64,000 nt of DNA from Bugula neritina. Taxonomy: Eukaryota; Animalia; Bryozoa. Location: assembly GCA_964035545.1 (NCBI GenBank), contig OZ037768.1, positions 23,779,319 through 23,843,318 of the forward strand, given 5' to 3'. Under the pieces are notes generated by a model. It saw nothing but the letters and a program-made list of their open reading frames with translations. It was not told the origin of the DNA and did not search any database. Every line of letters begins with the position of its first letter. The stretch's first letter is position 1. Positions 26,332 through 38,843 of this stretch are shown here, piece by piece. A program made the translations under genes and the position numbers.

Positions 26332-28470
26332 ATGCCCTCCTTACTGGTCTATGCAAGTAGAGCTCTGTTGACTGTCCCTGGTAGACTCAATCTTATCAGA
26401 CCAACAAAGTTCACAGGCTACAGCTTACAGCTCCTTTTTCCACAGCAGTTGTCCTCTCTAAGAATGAGTGATTCGGTCAGTACTGAATATACCACTACGC
26501 TGTGCTTTATACTGATATGGTTACCACCAAATTAGATAGTAATGACAATTTTTAGTTTACTTTTACCTATAAGTAAAACTATATATGCACCCACATATAA
26601 ATATATTATATTGATTTCTTTGTTGCAGGCACCTGGCCCTGTTCAATCAGCAGTTACAGTTAAACTCAAACAAGAACTCAAGGTATGGTTTGAGTGTTTC
26701 TTAATTTGTTCAAAAATGATGTATTAACATTTTGAAAGTTTTCATGTATCTGTTAAGCAAGTTTTAATAATGGGCAACTTATTAAGGTTCTATGGCTCAA
26801 GTGTGTAATATTGTCATCGGTTGTAGATTTAGTAATTATAAAATATTTCTGAATGTATAAAGCATAATATAGTATTTTAACTAGAGTTGCATGTATCACA
26901 GTAAAGTGCAATCTTTTTCTGTCATGGTTTGTTGAATGACTTATTTACAGTAATGTGTGTGACTTGTAATGTTGTATATATTACAGCCCCAGCACTTGGA
27001 TGTAATAAATGAGAGTTATATGCACAATGTACCCAAAGGTGAGCCTGCTGTTTGTACTGGTTGGAATCCCTTAGTATTGCTAGTATGGTAATCAACTAGT
27101 TAATGTTGAACTTGGAATGTCAATTAGTTAGCATTAAAGTGACAACTCTCAATAACTAGTGTTACAAAAAGGAGATAACTCCCAGTATGTAATTGCAAAG
27201 CCACTTACTGGTTTTTAACACAAAATTATAATCAACATCACATTATAAAATTATGTAAATAACTGTGGATTATCTCCCCTTATCTCCTGTTAGTTGGCGC
27301 TGCAATATGTACAATTCATGTATAGCCTTAATTTCTGTAGACTGCATAATGTATAGCACACCTCAGTTCATTGCCCTTCGTCTCATAAGGAAAGATTAAT
27401 TGGGGAACTGGGGCTAAAGCTATTAGCTCTCTGTATATGCAAACATGCATACATCAAAATAATGTTATATTGATCCATCACCAATATATTATTGTATTGG
27501 TCTATACCAATATAATATTACATTGATCTATCACCAATATAATATTCTTATATTGATCTATCACCAATAATTGCCGTTATCTTTTAGGGACAGAATCACA
27601 TTTCAAAGTAGTGGTAGTTGCCGACCAGTTCCAAGGCAAATCTTTAATACAGGTGAGTAGATGGCTGAAGTTTTTAATATTATTTGGAATCACCCACTCT
27701 TGTAAGACTTCATCTATTAGAAATTGTGTAGAAAATCCGCATTACTTCTAATACTATCTGCAGAAACTAAAATAATCCAATCACATGGTTTTTCAACATT
27801 CAACCAATCATATTTGCAGTATTTTAGCATTCAACCAATCACATTTAGTATTATGTTTACACTGCGAGATCATGGTAACCTTTGACCTCTTTGATACCTG
27901 GTTTCAGCAAATGGTGACAAAATGCGCTCCACCTGGGTTTGGCAATAAATTTCTAATATATACAATGCCATCCTCATTATTGTGTGCTATTATCTTCTGA
28001 GTAGTTGGAGTTTTCCCCTTTTTACATTGTTTCCTATACTGTGTTCCCTTAATCTGTACATTGTTTCATAAAGTGTGTTGTGTAAACTCGAACTATATAC
28101 ATTTTAGCGTCATAAAATGGTGCATTCAGTTTTACATGAAGAGCTGGAAAGTGGAGTGGTTCATGCATTGGGAATAGTGGTATGTGATTATCATATATTA
28201 AATAATATAGCAGTAACATAGTATATACTAGTAATATAGCATAATACTAGTAATATAGTATAGTGTAGTACTAGTAATATAGTATAGTGTAATTACATAA
28301 TACTAGTAATATAATATGGTATAATATAATATAGTGTAATACTCATACTAGCGTGGTATAACACTGTTTAAAGTTTAGCTCTGTTTTTGTAGGCCAAAAC
28401 CCCCGAACAGTGGGCTAAATCGCAAGATATTCCTGGGTCACCCAAATGTATGGGAGGAAGCAAGAATTGA
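26332..28470 (+). CDS. BOLA1: BolA-like protein 1 (6 coding exons)
   Basis: Exons ~26332-26475, 26629-26682, 26987-27038, 27588-27652, 28108-28179 and 28393-28470. Motifs: GPVQ..., [58 protein letters not shown]. Confidence 0.93.
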
Positions 28471-28875
28471 GCCGTCTTCCCTGTTGGTTTGTCTTGGTAC
28501 TGAGGCTAGCTTCTTGGATACAGAAATATGGAAATTAGTCTCTGTTTATGCAACTGATAAACCAACTCATGAAATCACAAGTTTTGATGGTTTAATATTC
28601 GTCGTTGAGTTGTACATTTAGGCATTACCCGTGTATGGATCAGCACATCATAGCGACAATTAATTCTAATACTCTTGTATTTTCTTTGAAAAATATGTTT
28701 TTTATATAAAAAATAATTTAAAGCTTTTTGCTTGACTTCTTAGTGTAATAAATGGTAACTAATGTAATGAACATTTTGCATGAAAAGTAATACATTGGTA
28801 TGAAGGTCATATTTTACTCAACTTCCTAATTATTGTTTAGAAATGTTATTAAGAAGTCATGGCTGATTTGCACTG

Positions 28876-30412
28876 TTATATATCCGAATTGATGACTTCT
28901 ACAATCATCTGCTTGAGCTCTTTGTACCGCCCCCACAGGTGTAACGCGTGACCCTTTGCGTTCTCGTAGTCTATGGAGAGTTTACACAGCAGGTTTTTCA
29001 TCTTCTGATTTCTACTTTTATACTGGAATATTTCTCGTTCCAACCTCGTGCACTCATTATACAGTTCCTTTGTTGCCTCATCTACAAACATGCAACAGCT
29101 GCCCTTATAATTGCTGCCCCTGCTGACTATTGCATTGCTCCGCATGAATATAATGGCAAGTGTTTTGGAAATTTTCTAGAAATAACTGGAATAATAGTGA
29201 GGAAATATAACTCAAGTGGGTAAATGTCAGTATGCCTCTATTACTAATAATATGGTGATAGGCAGTATAGGGGTATTTTCAGCAGAATCTAATTATCCTG
29301 TTACTAAATATTTCACCAATTGGCTTAATAATCAGATTGGAAAAAAGAAAATTGTTGATTTTTTTGTGAAATTTGAATATTTTATACATTATTGGCAAGC
29401 ATGGCAGAAAACTTTAGATATTTTACTGCAACTTTTGTTGATAAATACCTTTGTCTGCGCACAGTGTCAAAGTAAAATAGTTAAATAGTAAATAGTTACC
29501 TCTGTTTGCCCGCAGTCTCACATTTAAGTTCCTGCTATAAGATCCAGAACTTTCCTCTGGGATACCTGGTAAATAAGCCCCACTACGATTCAATGACCCA
29601 CTGGTAAGGGCCATTGCAAAACTGGTATTTGATTGTTTTCTGCTAGCCGCGAGTGAATTTCTTTTTTCTACAGAACGCCATTTACGAATAGCGTTTTTGA
29701 TGAGGCGTTTGAACTCGTGATATCTGTAGTATATGAAAAGACTCTTATTGTTGGTATAATCTTCCCTCACCGAGTCCACAATGTCATACAATCTGTCGTA
29801 CTCGTCGGTGATAGAGTCATAACTGTGATAGAGTTTAGCTATAGATGACTTCAACTCCTTCTCCATCGTGACTCCCGCCTGTATCTGCTCATCTGAGTCG
29901 GAATCCTTCAAACCAACAAGGAATTGTCGTATCAGTTGATATCAAACTATATTGCTGGTTATCCTTTAATTATATTATTATCCTTTTAATAATTAATAAT
30001 ACTTACATCAAAATTAAATTTACTTTCTGCATGAATTCAATTTATTGCAGTTTATAGTTTGAAATAACTTTAACACAATAGTAAGCTTAATTTTGATGCC
30101 TAAAAAATTTACCTACATTTTGCTTTAATACAGGGTGGCAGCCTTCACAACAGCTTCAAGTGTTCAACTCATAATTTCTATGACAGACAAAATTAAAACA
30201 CAAACTTATTTGCATGAAAATAAAATTCTCAACTTATTGGTTAGGCAACCTAAAGGCCATTCAAACTGTAAGCTTACCGTTTGGAAGGTGACGGACTGTT
30301 GCCGCTCATGCTGTTTACTTGGTTGCCGAAATTGGGAATTTTTCAGAGATGACGTGTCGCTGTGCGCCAAAGAAGACTTCCTCCTTTGATTAGGGACAGC
30401 GTACAAGTCCAT
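28876..30412 (-). CDS. Uncharacterised protein with two related helical repeats (3 exons; last acceptor uncertain)
   Basis: Exons 30412-30278, 29905-29500 and ~29126-28876 with GT-AG ends; repeated DY..nk....y.RY.ExKxxI pattern. Confidence 0.55.
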
Positions 30413-31546
30413 GAGGCTCGGTGAAAGGCTTGCCGACGGCTAGCAGAATGTCTGACATGTGTACCTTTACACTACCGCTCCTGTAAACTTAACTAACACC
30501 TGCCAGAAACTATATACATTTTTCTAGCGTGTGTGAACTAAAAATAGCCAATTAGAATGATGGAGTGCAGGTGTTTGGTTTGTAAATCGTCTCTCAAACT
30601 AGGCATGGTTTGAAGAGGAAGCTTAGGCTAATAATCGTGTTAAGGGAGCTAAGCAAATGTCAGCTTACAAACATTAGAAGTAGATGTGCAGTTATGCGAT
30701 GGGTGTTAGCTGCGAGTGTAGTTGTGTAATGTTAGTGTTGCACTAGAGCTGACGTATTATGTAATACATTAGCCTCTTCAGTACCGTGACGTGTACAAGT
30801 CAAGTATTTAGCAGTAAGAAATAACTTCCACCTTGCTGAGAGCACACCTTGTCTTCTTGCAATTGTAACTTAGCTTTGTAAAAAGCACGACTTCAGAATT
30901 TACATGTGGTAGAAATTGGTGAAATGAAGGCCCTTTTTTGTTGTATGCAACTTATAATGTAATTTATTAAATATTAGTTAATTCAATCAATTATTCAATC
31001 ATATTGTACTTCATATGGCTAAGTGATGAATCCAGGTTAACCATTACATCTGGACTTATGCAGCTGCCAACATGCACCGTTTCTATTAACCCTAATATTA
31101 TAATGATGCTAGTTATTATGCTACTACCTAGTCGTACTAAAAGCTACAATTAGCATACTTTAACAATTAATTTAAGAGAATAATTAAAAGAACAAACTTG
31201 TCAGTAAATATGGTTGATTATAGAATTATTGTTAAATAAAGGATTAAAAATAAAAACAAAACAAAATATCAATGCTACATATTATAGCATAGAAAAATAT
31301 ACTACGAACCTTTATTGTATTGGTCACTTATAGGGTTTGGCATTATTTGAATTACAAAAACATCACTTCTTCAAATTTGGTATTAATATACGATGAAATA
31401 TATACAATATTCTCAATTGGTATAAAAATAATAAATAGAGGATTTTCATTGATTATAGATATTTCATTTCCCAATAAATTATAAAATTGACTAACTGCAT
31501 GCTGTAATTTGTTTTCATAGAATTATTCATTTGCTGACTTAACAGT

Positions 31547-34500
31547 TTATTGACAGAAGAGTACACTGAAATGGTGCTGATACTCTTCACAATGATCTCC
31601 CGGGGCAAAGGAAGTGGTGTTTCTCTGCTTCACATTGATGTCTTCAAAGTACTTGTACGTAGTATAGAAGATGTCCGGGTCACCTGACTCTTTAGCGACA
31701 CTGAGAAACTTCCTCGGCTGCATTTGATTGGCCAGGCCTACCGACCTCAAGTACCTGATAGCTGTGAGCACCTGCAAGTATAGTCATGTGACCAGTCATG
31801 TGACCAGTCATGTGCTCATATAATTCTATGAATAATAAACCTGCATACCATCCATACACACCTGTTATACATACTATAAACACCTGTTATACATACTATA
31901 TACACTTGTTATACACATATAAAATACATATATTACATATATATAAACCTAAAAAACACAGATTAACTCTAGTAAACAGTCTAGACTGTAGATTCTATAC
32001 TAAGCAAGTGGTAACAGCCAGTTAAACTAAATTAGACAGCAAAATAAACAAAATAATCCACAAAAATATTTCAACTATTTTCTTAAAATTTTCCTTGCTG
32101 GAGGTTGATACAGACATTCAATCCCTCAAATAGTTGAGGATTTGTTAATTTCACTGCATCTAGTCATGAAATAAATACAGTGCAAACTCAAAGCTACATT
32201 ACCTAAACCCATGATTCTAGCATGAGATCCTACCATGACATAAGCACAGAGAAAGGGTAGCAGAACGGGAACTAACCTGATGCTTGGAGAGGAAGACCTC
32301 GACAATCTCGTCATGTGCAGTGCCCAGTCGTTTGAGCATATCCAAGGCTATCTGAAAGGCGGGTGGGTAGACATTCTGCAGAGAGAGGAGAAGACAGGCT
32401 AAGTGTTTAGAGTCGGCCATGACGTGGTACTGAAGGAACTGGTGGAGTCTGAACAGCTGGCCACAGTCCACCAGAGTGTTCACCAGCAACTCGTACAGGT
32501 AGAAGTGGACGGGCAGGTCAAACGTCTGCAAGGAGGCGATGTACTCCACCATGACGGATATCGGGAAAGAGGAGTTATTCTTCTCATCTCTCCTAGCACG
32601 CTGCTCGCCAAAGATGGGGTAGAATACATGTGTGTAGATGTCATCCTGTTGTATGACGCTGACGGCGTTGGCAGCGAGCCAGGATTTGGTGAGAGCCAGC
32701 ACCTCAAAGTCGCTCTTCATGTCTTCATTATAAGCATACACCTGGGGAATACAGCAGCAGCTGAGAAATATGACAGCAATTCAATTGAGGGGGTTGAGTG
32801 AAGGAGTGGATAAAGAGGGTAGTGTGAAGGAGTGGATAAGGAGGGTAGTGTGAGGGAGTGGATAAGGGGGGTAGTGTGAAGGAGTGGATAAAGAGGGTAG
32901 AGGGAAGGAGTGGATAAGGAGGGTAGTGTGCGGGAGTAGAAAGGGGGGGTAGTGTGAAGGAGTGGATAAGGGGGGTAGTGTGAGGGAGTGGATAAGGAGG
33001 GTAGTGTGAAGGAGTAGAAAAGGAGGGTAGTGTGAAGGAATACCTGGTTAAGTCTGTTGAATATCTCTCCGATGGTAGTGAGGCTAGACGCAGTTTCAGG
33101 AGTGACTAGACTGCGCACCACGTCTAAGATGAGAGACTTAGCACCAGCCCGATGTAGTAGCACCTCTATCAGCAGACACCTAGTATCAGAACACAGGCAG
33201 ATGATCTTGCAATTTGTATTTCTAAATATACAAAAAATAACTATAGTAAAAATACATTAGCCAGACAGAGCTTAGCAGATAACCTTAATATTTGGTGAAG
33301 CAAATCAAGCAATTCTGTTTCCAAACAAAACGTTTATAGAGAACGTCCACACCGCAATGAAGTCTACATACTTGTCGGATATCATGTCCACAAAGCCCGG
33401 GAGAGAGATCTCCGTCTTCCACATGCACCCCTGCACGGCGTCAATGATAACATCCGGCTGAAAGACTATCCAATTGCTGGAGTACATTTCATAGGCGGGT
33501 TGAGCTGCCGCCATTGCTGCCGGGCTGCTGGAAAAGGACGGGACAAAGGGGGGCATCTGAGTCACTGGTTTCATTGGTAGAGGTGCTATTAGGGGCTGCT
33601 GATGTATCGCTATCTATAATTATGTTATCTCGTTGTAAAGAATAAATAAATACATTTGTTACATCAACATATTGACAACAAATAAATTTATAAAAAGTGC
33701 AGTTGCTTAGTAAAATGAAATGCAAATCTCTTCAAAGCAGTAACATAAATTTATTCACAATGACTTTGTCTAGATAGTTGCAGATGTATAGAGCTCACCT
33801 GTTGGTCACAGACTGAGGAGAACTTGAGGTCATACAGAAGTGTTGTCTTGGACTGCAGATGATGAACCAGTATCAAACTGTCTACTATGTTCACTTGAAA
33901 GTGTCCTGTCGAATTGAACTTTAGAATGTGCGTCTTTGTAACAACTTTTTCTCGAGACAGTCTATACAACACGAGTTCCGCCGGCTGGGAGCTGTGCGTG
34001 TCCTGCTTCAAGGTCATGATGTACACCTGGTTGTAGATAGTCGCGAGAAACGCATCTCGTCGCAGCAATGTAAGCTTGGGCTCAATCGGGTAGAAGATTA
34101 GCTCCACTTCTAGTTTGTTGTACTTGTACAAGGTGCCGTTCTCGTACTGGAACGGATAGATTAGGTTACCATATGTACCGGAAGAGATGATAAGGTGCTT
34201 GCTCTCCTTATGCCATAGGGACCAGTTGACTAAACCAATACTCATGGTCTTTGTACACCTGACTGCCTTCTTCTCCGGTTCAACCTCATAAAACTCGACA
34301 CCAGTGTCTGTGACAAATATTATTTCTGTGTTAGAGGCCCAAAAGAAATCAGTAATGCGAGTTGTCTTTCCCTTACACGTCTGACAATAAGGTAAACTTT
34401 TAGCATCTTTTGGAGAGTTGATGAAGTCCAAGGCGTTGGGTGCTCGTTGTAGAGCTAAAATCTGTTGGTTTGGCGAGAATCTCACAGCCGCTATATCACC

Positions 34501-34725
34501 TTTGTCTTCAACTCGAAATGAAGTTGACTGCCCAGTGCAACCATCAAACATTATGATGCCACCAACTCCATTAGAGCGAACAGCAAATACTTGCTGACTA
34601 GCATCATCGAAAAATACGCTAACATTAGAAGTTACAGGGTCGAAATACACAGGAGAACTAGAGAGTTGTACACAGTATGGTTTCTGGTTTGAGGTGTTGT
34701 TATCATCCAAGTTGACTAAAGCCAT
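31547..34725 (-). CDS. RMC1: Regulator of MON1-CCZ1 complex (C18orf8/MIC1)
   Basis: Exons 34725-33799, ~33613-33372, ~33178-33044, 32741-32278 and 31771-31547. Motifs: VFFDDASQQVFAVRSNG, MYSSNWIVFQPDVIIDA, LHQFLQYHVMADSKHLACLLLSL, ALDMLKRL, F.PGDHCEEY. Confidence 0.93.
32790..33040. repeat. 27-bp purine-rich minisatellite (GTAGTGTGAAGGAGTGGATAAGGAGGG)n filling an RMC1 intron
   Basis: About 9 copies starting within a few bases of the donor at 33043. Confidence 0.92.
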
Positions 34726-36590
34726 TGCCACTCTTTGTAGAGTCTGTTGACAGTTGATGAATAAGTATTAAAAGAACAGCATTCTCTACAAAAAAAAGAA
34801 AATCTTTTTAAGCAACTTATATACAGTCTTTAGAATTTAAAATAACATTTTTATGGCAATGGACTAGCATTAATAACATTTATACTACACTGCTATACTG
34901 TATTGTACTTGTAGGGATAAAACTAGTAGACTAAAATTATTTTTTATGGCACTCGCCATGAAATTATCATTAATGTAAATCTAAATGTTGTAAATGTAAA
35001 TCTAAATGTTGGAACTTAGAGTCTAACAAGTAACAAGTAAAACTAACTGTAAGTGTAACTAACTAACTGAGTTACATTTACAATTACTGTTAGTGTTACA
35101 CTTACATTTACTGTTAGTGTTACTGTTACTGTTAGTGTTACACTTAGTCTTACAGTTACTTTAGTGTTACTGTTAGTTTTAGAATAAGAACTAGAACTGG
35201 AAGGCGAACCAGCAAGCAAAAGTTAGCAGCAAACTTCAATGATTCAGATTAAAAAATACTGATACACAAATAATATTTGTAATAATTCTAGTTCTTGTAA
35301 GAACAATATTTACTATAAGTATAAGCAAAGGAAGTTAAAGCAAAGTCAAAGTGAAAGTGTAAGCTTGCTGAATTATATATTTCAGATTTCAGCGAATAAA
35401 TAGGTAGATTTAACCTGCCTCATACAATGACATGTATATACGAAATTGCGTGCGTTTTAGTAACGTTGCAAGACTAAGGTCAAGGTTAATGTTCATTATT
35501 CTGTTTTTCAGACTCGCCTATTAGTATTAGATATTAATGATGAAGCAGTAGTACAACTGCATCAACATGAGACTGAGTCATGATTAGGATTATCATATTA
35601 TGTGATTTAGTAATACTGTTGACTAAGTAAATATATAAATGTATAAATTGTATGTAATTAGTTATCATTCGGAAAAAAAAACATTAAATAATAGTTGTTG
35701 CCAAAGGATAACATTAACAATCACAATGACAATCACAATCACAATGACAATGACTATGACTACCATGACTATCACTATGACTATGAGTATGACATTGAGT
35801 TTGACTATCACTTATCAGTATCACTATGAAATAGAATATGAGATTGAGTGAATAACATTTGCCTTAACTTATAACTATAAGTATAAGTATAACATTAACT
35901 ATAGGTAGATTACTAATAATACTAATTGAGTAATAGTTATAGTAATAAGTATAACTTAAACTATAAGTAGAGAAGAATTAGAAAGCATGTTGATATTGAA
36001 TTTAATATTGATAATCATATTAGCGGTATCCCGATTATCATATTGATAATGAAATTTAGTATCACGCACTCACTCTCAGTTTGACTGTAGTGTAGTCTGT
36101 GTATAAGAATGAGTATCAGTATCACTATGACTATCACAGTTTCAGTATGAGTGTTAACTTTAGGTAACCAATATCAAAATGGTACTGATAATCATCATGA
36201 TAATGCCAATAGGCAATAGGTGCTGGTCATTTCAAGCACAAGTCGTTTCATACCCACTTTTCAGGTCGTTTTGTACACATCTGGATGGAAATTGGATTTT
36301 AATTAATTTGCACAAAATATTTATGTTGATTTATAATTTTTATATTTTTTCTATTCAATACTTGAATTTTACTTTGTATTTTAATATGGCCAGGGAGTTG
36401 CTTGCACTATTATGCAATTTATAGAGGAGAAAATGAAAGTGTCTGAATAATTGCTATGTGTTTATATCTTTTTGATTTCGATGTTTCACAGGGAAGGTGT
36501 ATTAGCAAGTAGCTAAATGGTTTAGTAATTGTATTTGATTTGATTTTATAATATATCTATTTGTTATAGAGCAACTGGTGTCACCAGTGA

Positions 36591-36977
36591 ATGGTTATGC
36601 ATGAAACTGTTGGCTGTTTACTCGTTGCATTTCTTTGGGGAATAACAAATCCTTTGATGAAAAGAGGCGCTGCTGGCGTTGAAACTGTGTCAGATTCTGC
36701 TAACCAATCACAATTGAGAAGAGTATTTTCAGAACTCAAGTACCTTGTCATCAACTGGAAGTACACCCTCCCGTTTCTCGTCAACCAAGGAGGATCACTC
36801 TTGTATTACTGGACGCTGTCATCTAGTGCGCTGTCGGCAGCAGTGCCATTGACCAATGCGCTGACTCTGGTCATCACTGTGCTGTTTGGAAAGATTTTTG
36901 GAGAACAGTCAGGCGGAATATTACTCTATGTTGGCATCACTCTGGTGTTTGTGGGAACTGCAGTAGCCAACTCCTAA
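36591..36977 (+). CDS. TMEM234: Transmembrane protein 234 (single coding exon, 128 aa)
   Basis: LLVAFLWGITNPLMKRGAAG, LVINWKYTLPFLVNQGGSLLYY and LSAAVPLTNALTLVIT are diagnostic TMEM234-family motifs. Confidence 0.93.
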   Translation: MVMHETVGCLLVAFLWGITNPLMKRGAAGVETVSDSANQSQLRRVFSELKYLVINWKYTLPFLVNQGGSLLYYWTLSSSALSAAVPLTNALTLVITVLFGKIFGEQSGGILLYVGITLVFVGTAVANS

Positions 36978-36988
36978 GTCCAGTAACC

Positions 36989-38843
36989 ATGGCTACAGAT
37001 ATAAACATTCCAAACAAAGCTCTAATAGGTCCTTATGATTATCACTTTCTTAGAGCGGATAAGAAGTTACTAGATTATTATAAGTCAGCTTTAAATATTA
37101 AACAAAATAAAAAAGATCGAACAAAGCTAAAAGAAAGCTATGAAGAGCTTACTGCTCAGAATAACCAAGATGGCTATCTGACCTTGACATTCGATGACGT
37201 GTCATTTCTATGTGAATGTCTCAACGGGAAGAGTCTACCAGGTGCCAGAGTTATTATATTGTTAAAGTAGAGAAGTTGTTGTTCCCTGAAATATTGTGTT
37301 TTTTTCACTGACATGGAAGTTATCATCTCTTGTAAAAGTATTTTATTCAAATATTCGTGTTTTAATCAAAACCAAATTTTTTTTAAATATTAAACTAAAT
37401 TGTCTGTCAAATCCAATTATATACAATGATTTTATATTGAAACATTATTTTCTAATGCTTGGCTTTAAGCCATCACTTGTCATAAATTAATTACTATGCA
37501 TAGAATTGGAGTTGCTTCACCTTTTTGCTGTATTGTACACTTAAGTTTTTGTTTGCATATTTCGAGTAGAATTTATAAATATATATTATATTATTAGAAA
37601 AGAAAGAGTTGCCCCGAATACACCTGTATGAGCTGATGAAGTATTGCGTCCTAGAACTTCCCTCTCCTCCTTCCCTAGAAACGGTAACTCTGTCTGTAAC
37701 AGTGAGACATTCTGATATAAACTGGCTTATTTCATCACATGTTAGCCTTAGTTCTTTGTGCTGTAGTCACCAGAGTACGAGGCCCGCATAGCTAGACTGA
37801 GGTTGTTGGCTGCTGAAGCCGAGTATCAGAAGATGACTCAAAATGTTAGCGGACATGTGAGTGTGTTTATATACATGTGTCACTACAGTGTGTGTATACA
37901 TGTGTCACTACAGCTTGTGTATTCAAATGTAGCATTACCCTCAGCTCATTACTGTAGTATACTATGTGCTTTATTTAACTTCAGGTTTCATTCTGTTTTA
38001 ATGTTTTACTTTAGGCTGTCAAACAAGAGAACATTGGGCAGGAATGTGAGTCCTTTACGAATATTTATACTATCACTGTTACTGATACTATCACTACTAC
38101 TACTACTATTACTACTGCTACTACTATTACTACTGCTACTACTATTACTACTGCTACTAATACTACTGCCACTGCTACTGCCGCTGCTACTGCTGCTACT
38201 ACTACTGCTATTACTACTAATGCTACTACTACTAATGCTACTACTACTAATGCTGCTACTACTACTACTGCTACTAATACTGCTACTAATACTACTGCTA
38301 CTAATACTAGTAACTGCTGCTAATAATATTAATACTAATGTCATTATTTTATTATTTTTAAGTTGCATTTATTTCCGACTGTGTTTCATCATACCTACTT
38401 ATTAATATATTTCAGTACGAAAAATGGACAGTCAAGTTACATTCATGTTCAACTTTGTGCTCACTGTGGTTGGTGCATTCGCCTTTGGTTACAAGGCTGT
38501 TGAATACAGCCTGGACACACCTAATCTTTCCCTGGTATGTACTTTCACTGCTACTTTGTTTTTACTACTTTATACCAACTGCTGATGTTGTTTACATTTA
38601 TTCTTGTTTAATATTTGAACAATTTTGATGGTCTTCAAAATCTATTATTCACAATTAAGTTTTTCAAAAAGGAGTTGTCCCACTTCTTTACCAAAGAGGA
38701 GGTGAATTCAAGATACACTTTGTAGCTAATGCATGTAGTTAATAACTTGCTATTCTAACTTGTAGCAACTGACAGTGGCAGTAACTTTGGCTACTCTAGT
38801 CTTCTTTGCTGACATTTATTTTATCATCAAAGATTATGTTTAG
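36989..38843 (+). CDS. TMEM199: V-ATPase assembly factor TMEM199/VMA12 (~218 aa, 6 exons)
   Basis: Exons 36989-37241, 37598-37683, 37767-37856, 38015-38045, 38416-38534 and 38766-38843 join in frame. Motifs: LYELMKYCVLELP, SPEYEARIARLR..AEAEYQKMTQNV, then two TM helices FNFVLTVVGAFAFGY and LATLVFFADIYFIIK. Confidence 0.88.
38075..38320. repeat. (CTA/CTG)n trinucleotide microsatellite in TMEM199 intron 4
   Basis: Directly visible; source of the poly-Leu and poly-Ser ORFs. Confidence 0.95.

Noticed and set aside
36975-36991. TMEM234-TMEM199 fusion by stop readthrough or selenocysteine
   Set aside because: The stop is TAA, a second in-frame TAA follows two codons later, and the ORFs are in different frames.
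37803-38405. Poly-Leu (+) and poly-Ser (-) ORFs
   Set aside because: Trinucleotide microsatellite inside a TMEM199 intron; only 37803-37856 is a real in-frame exon.
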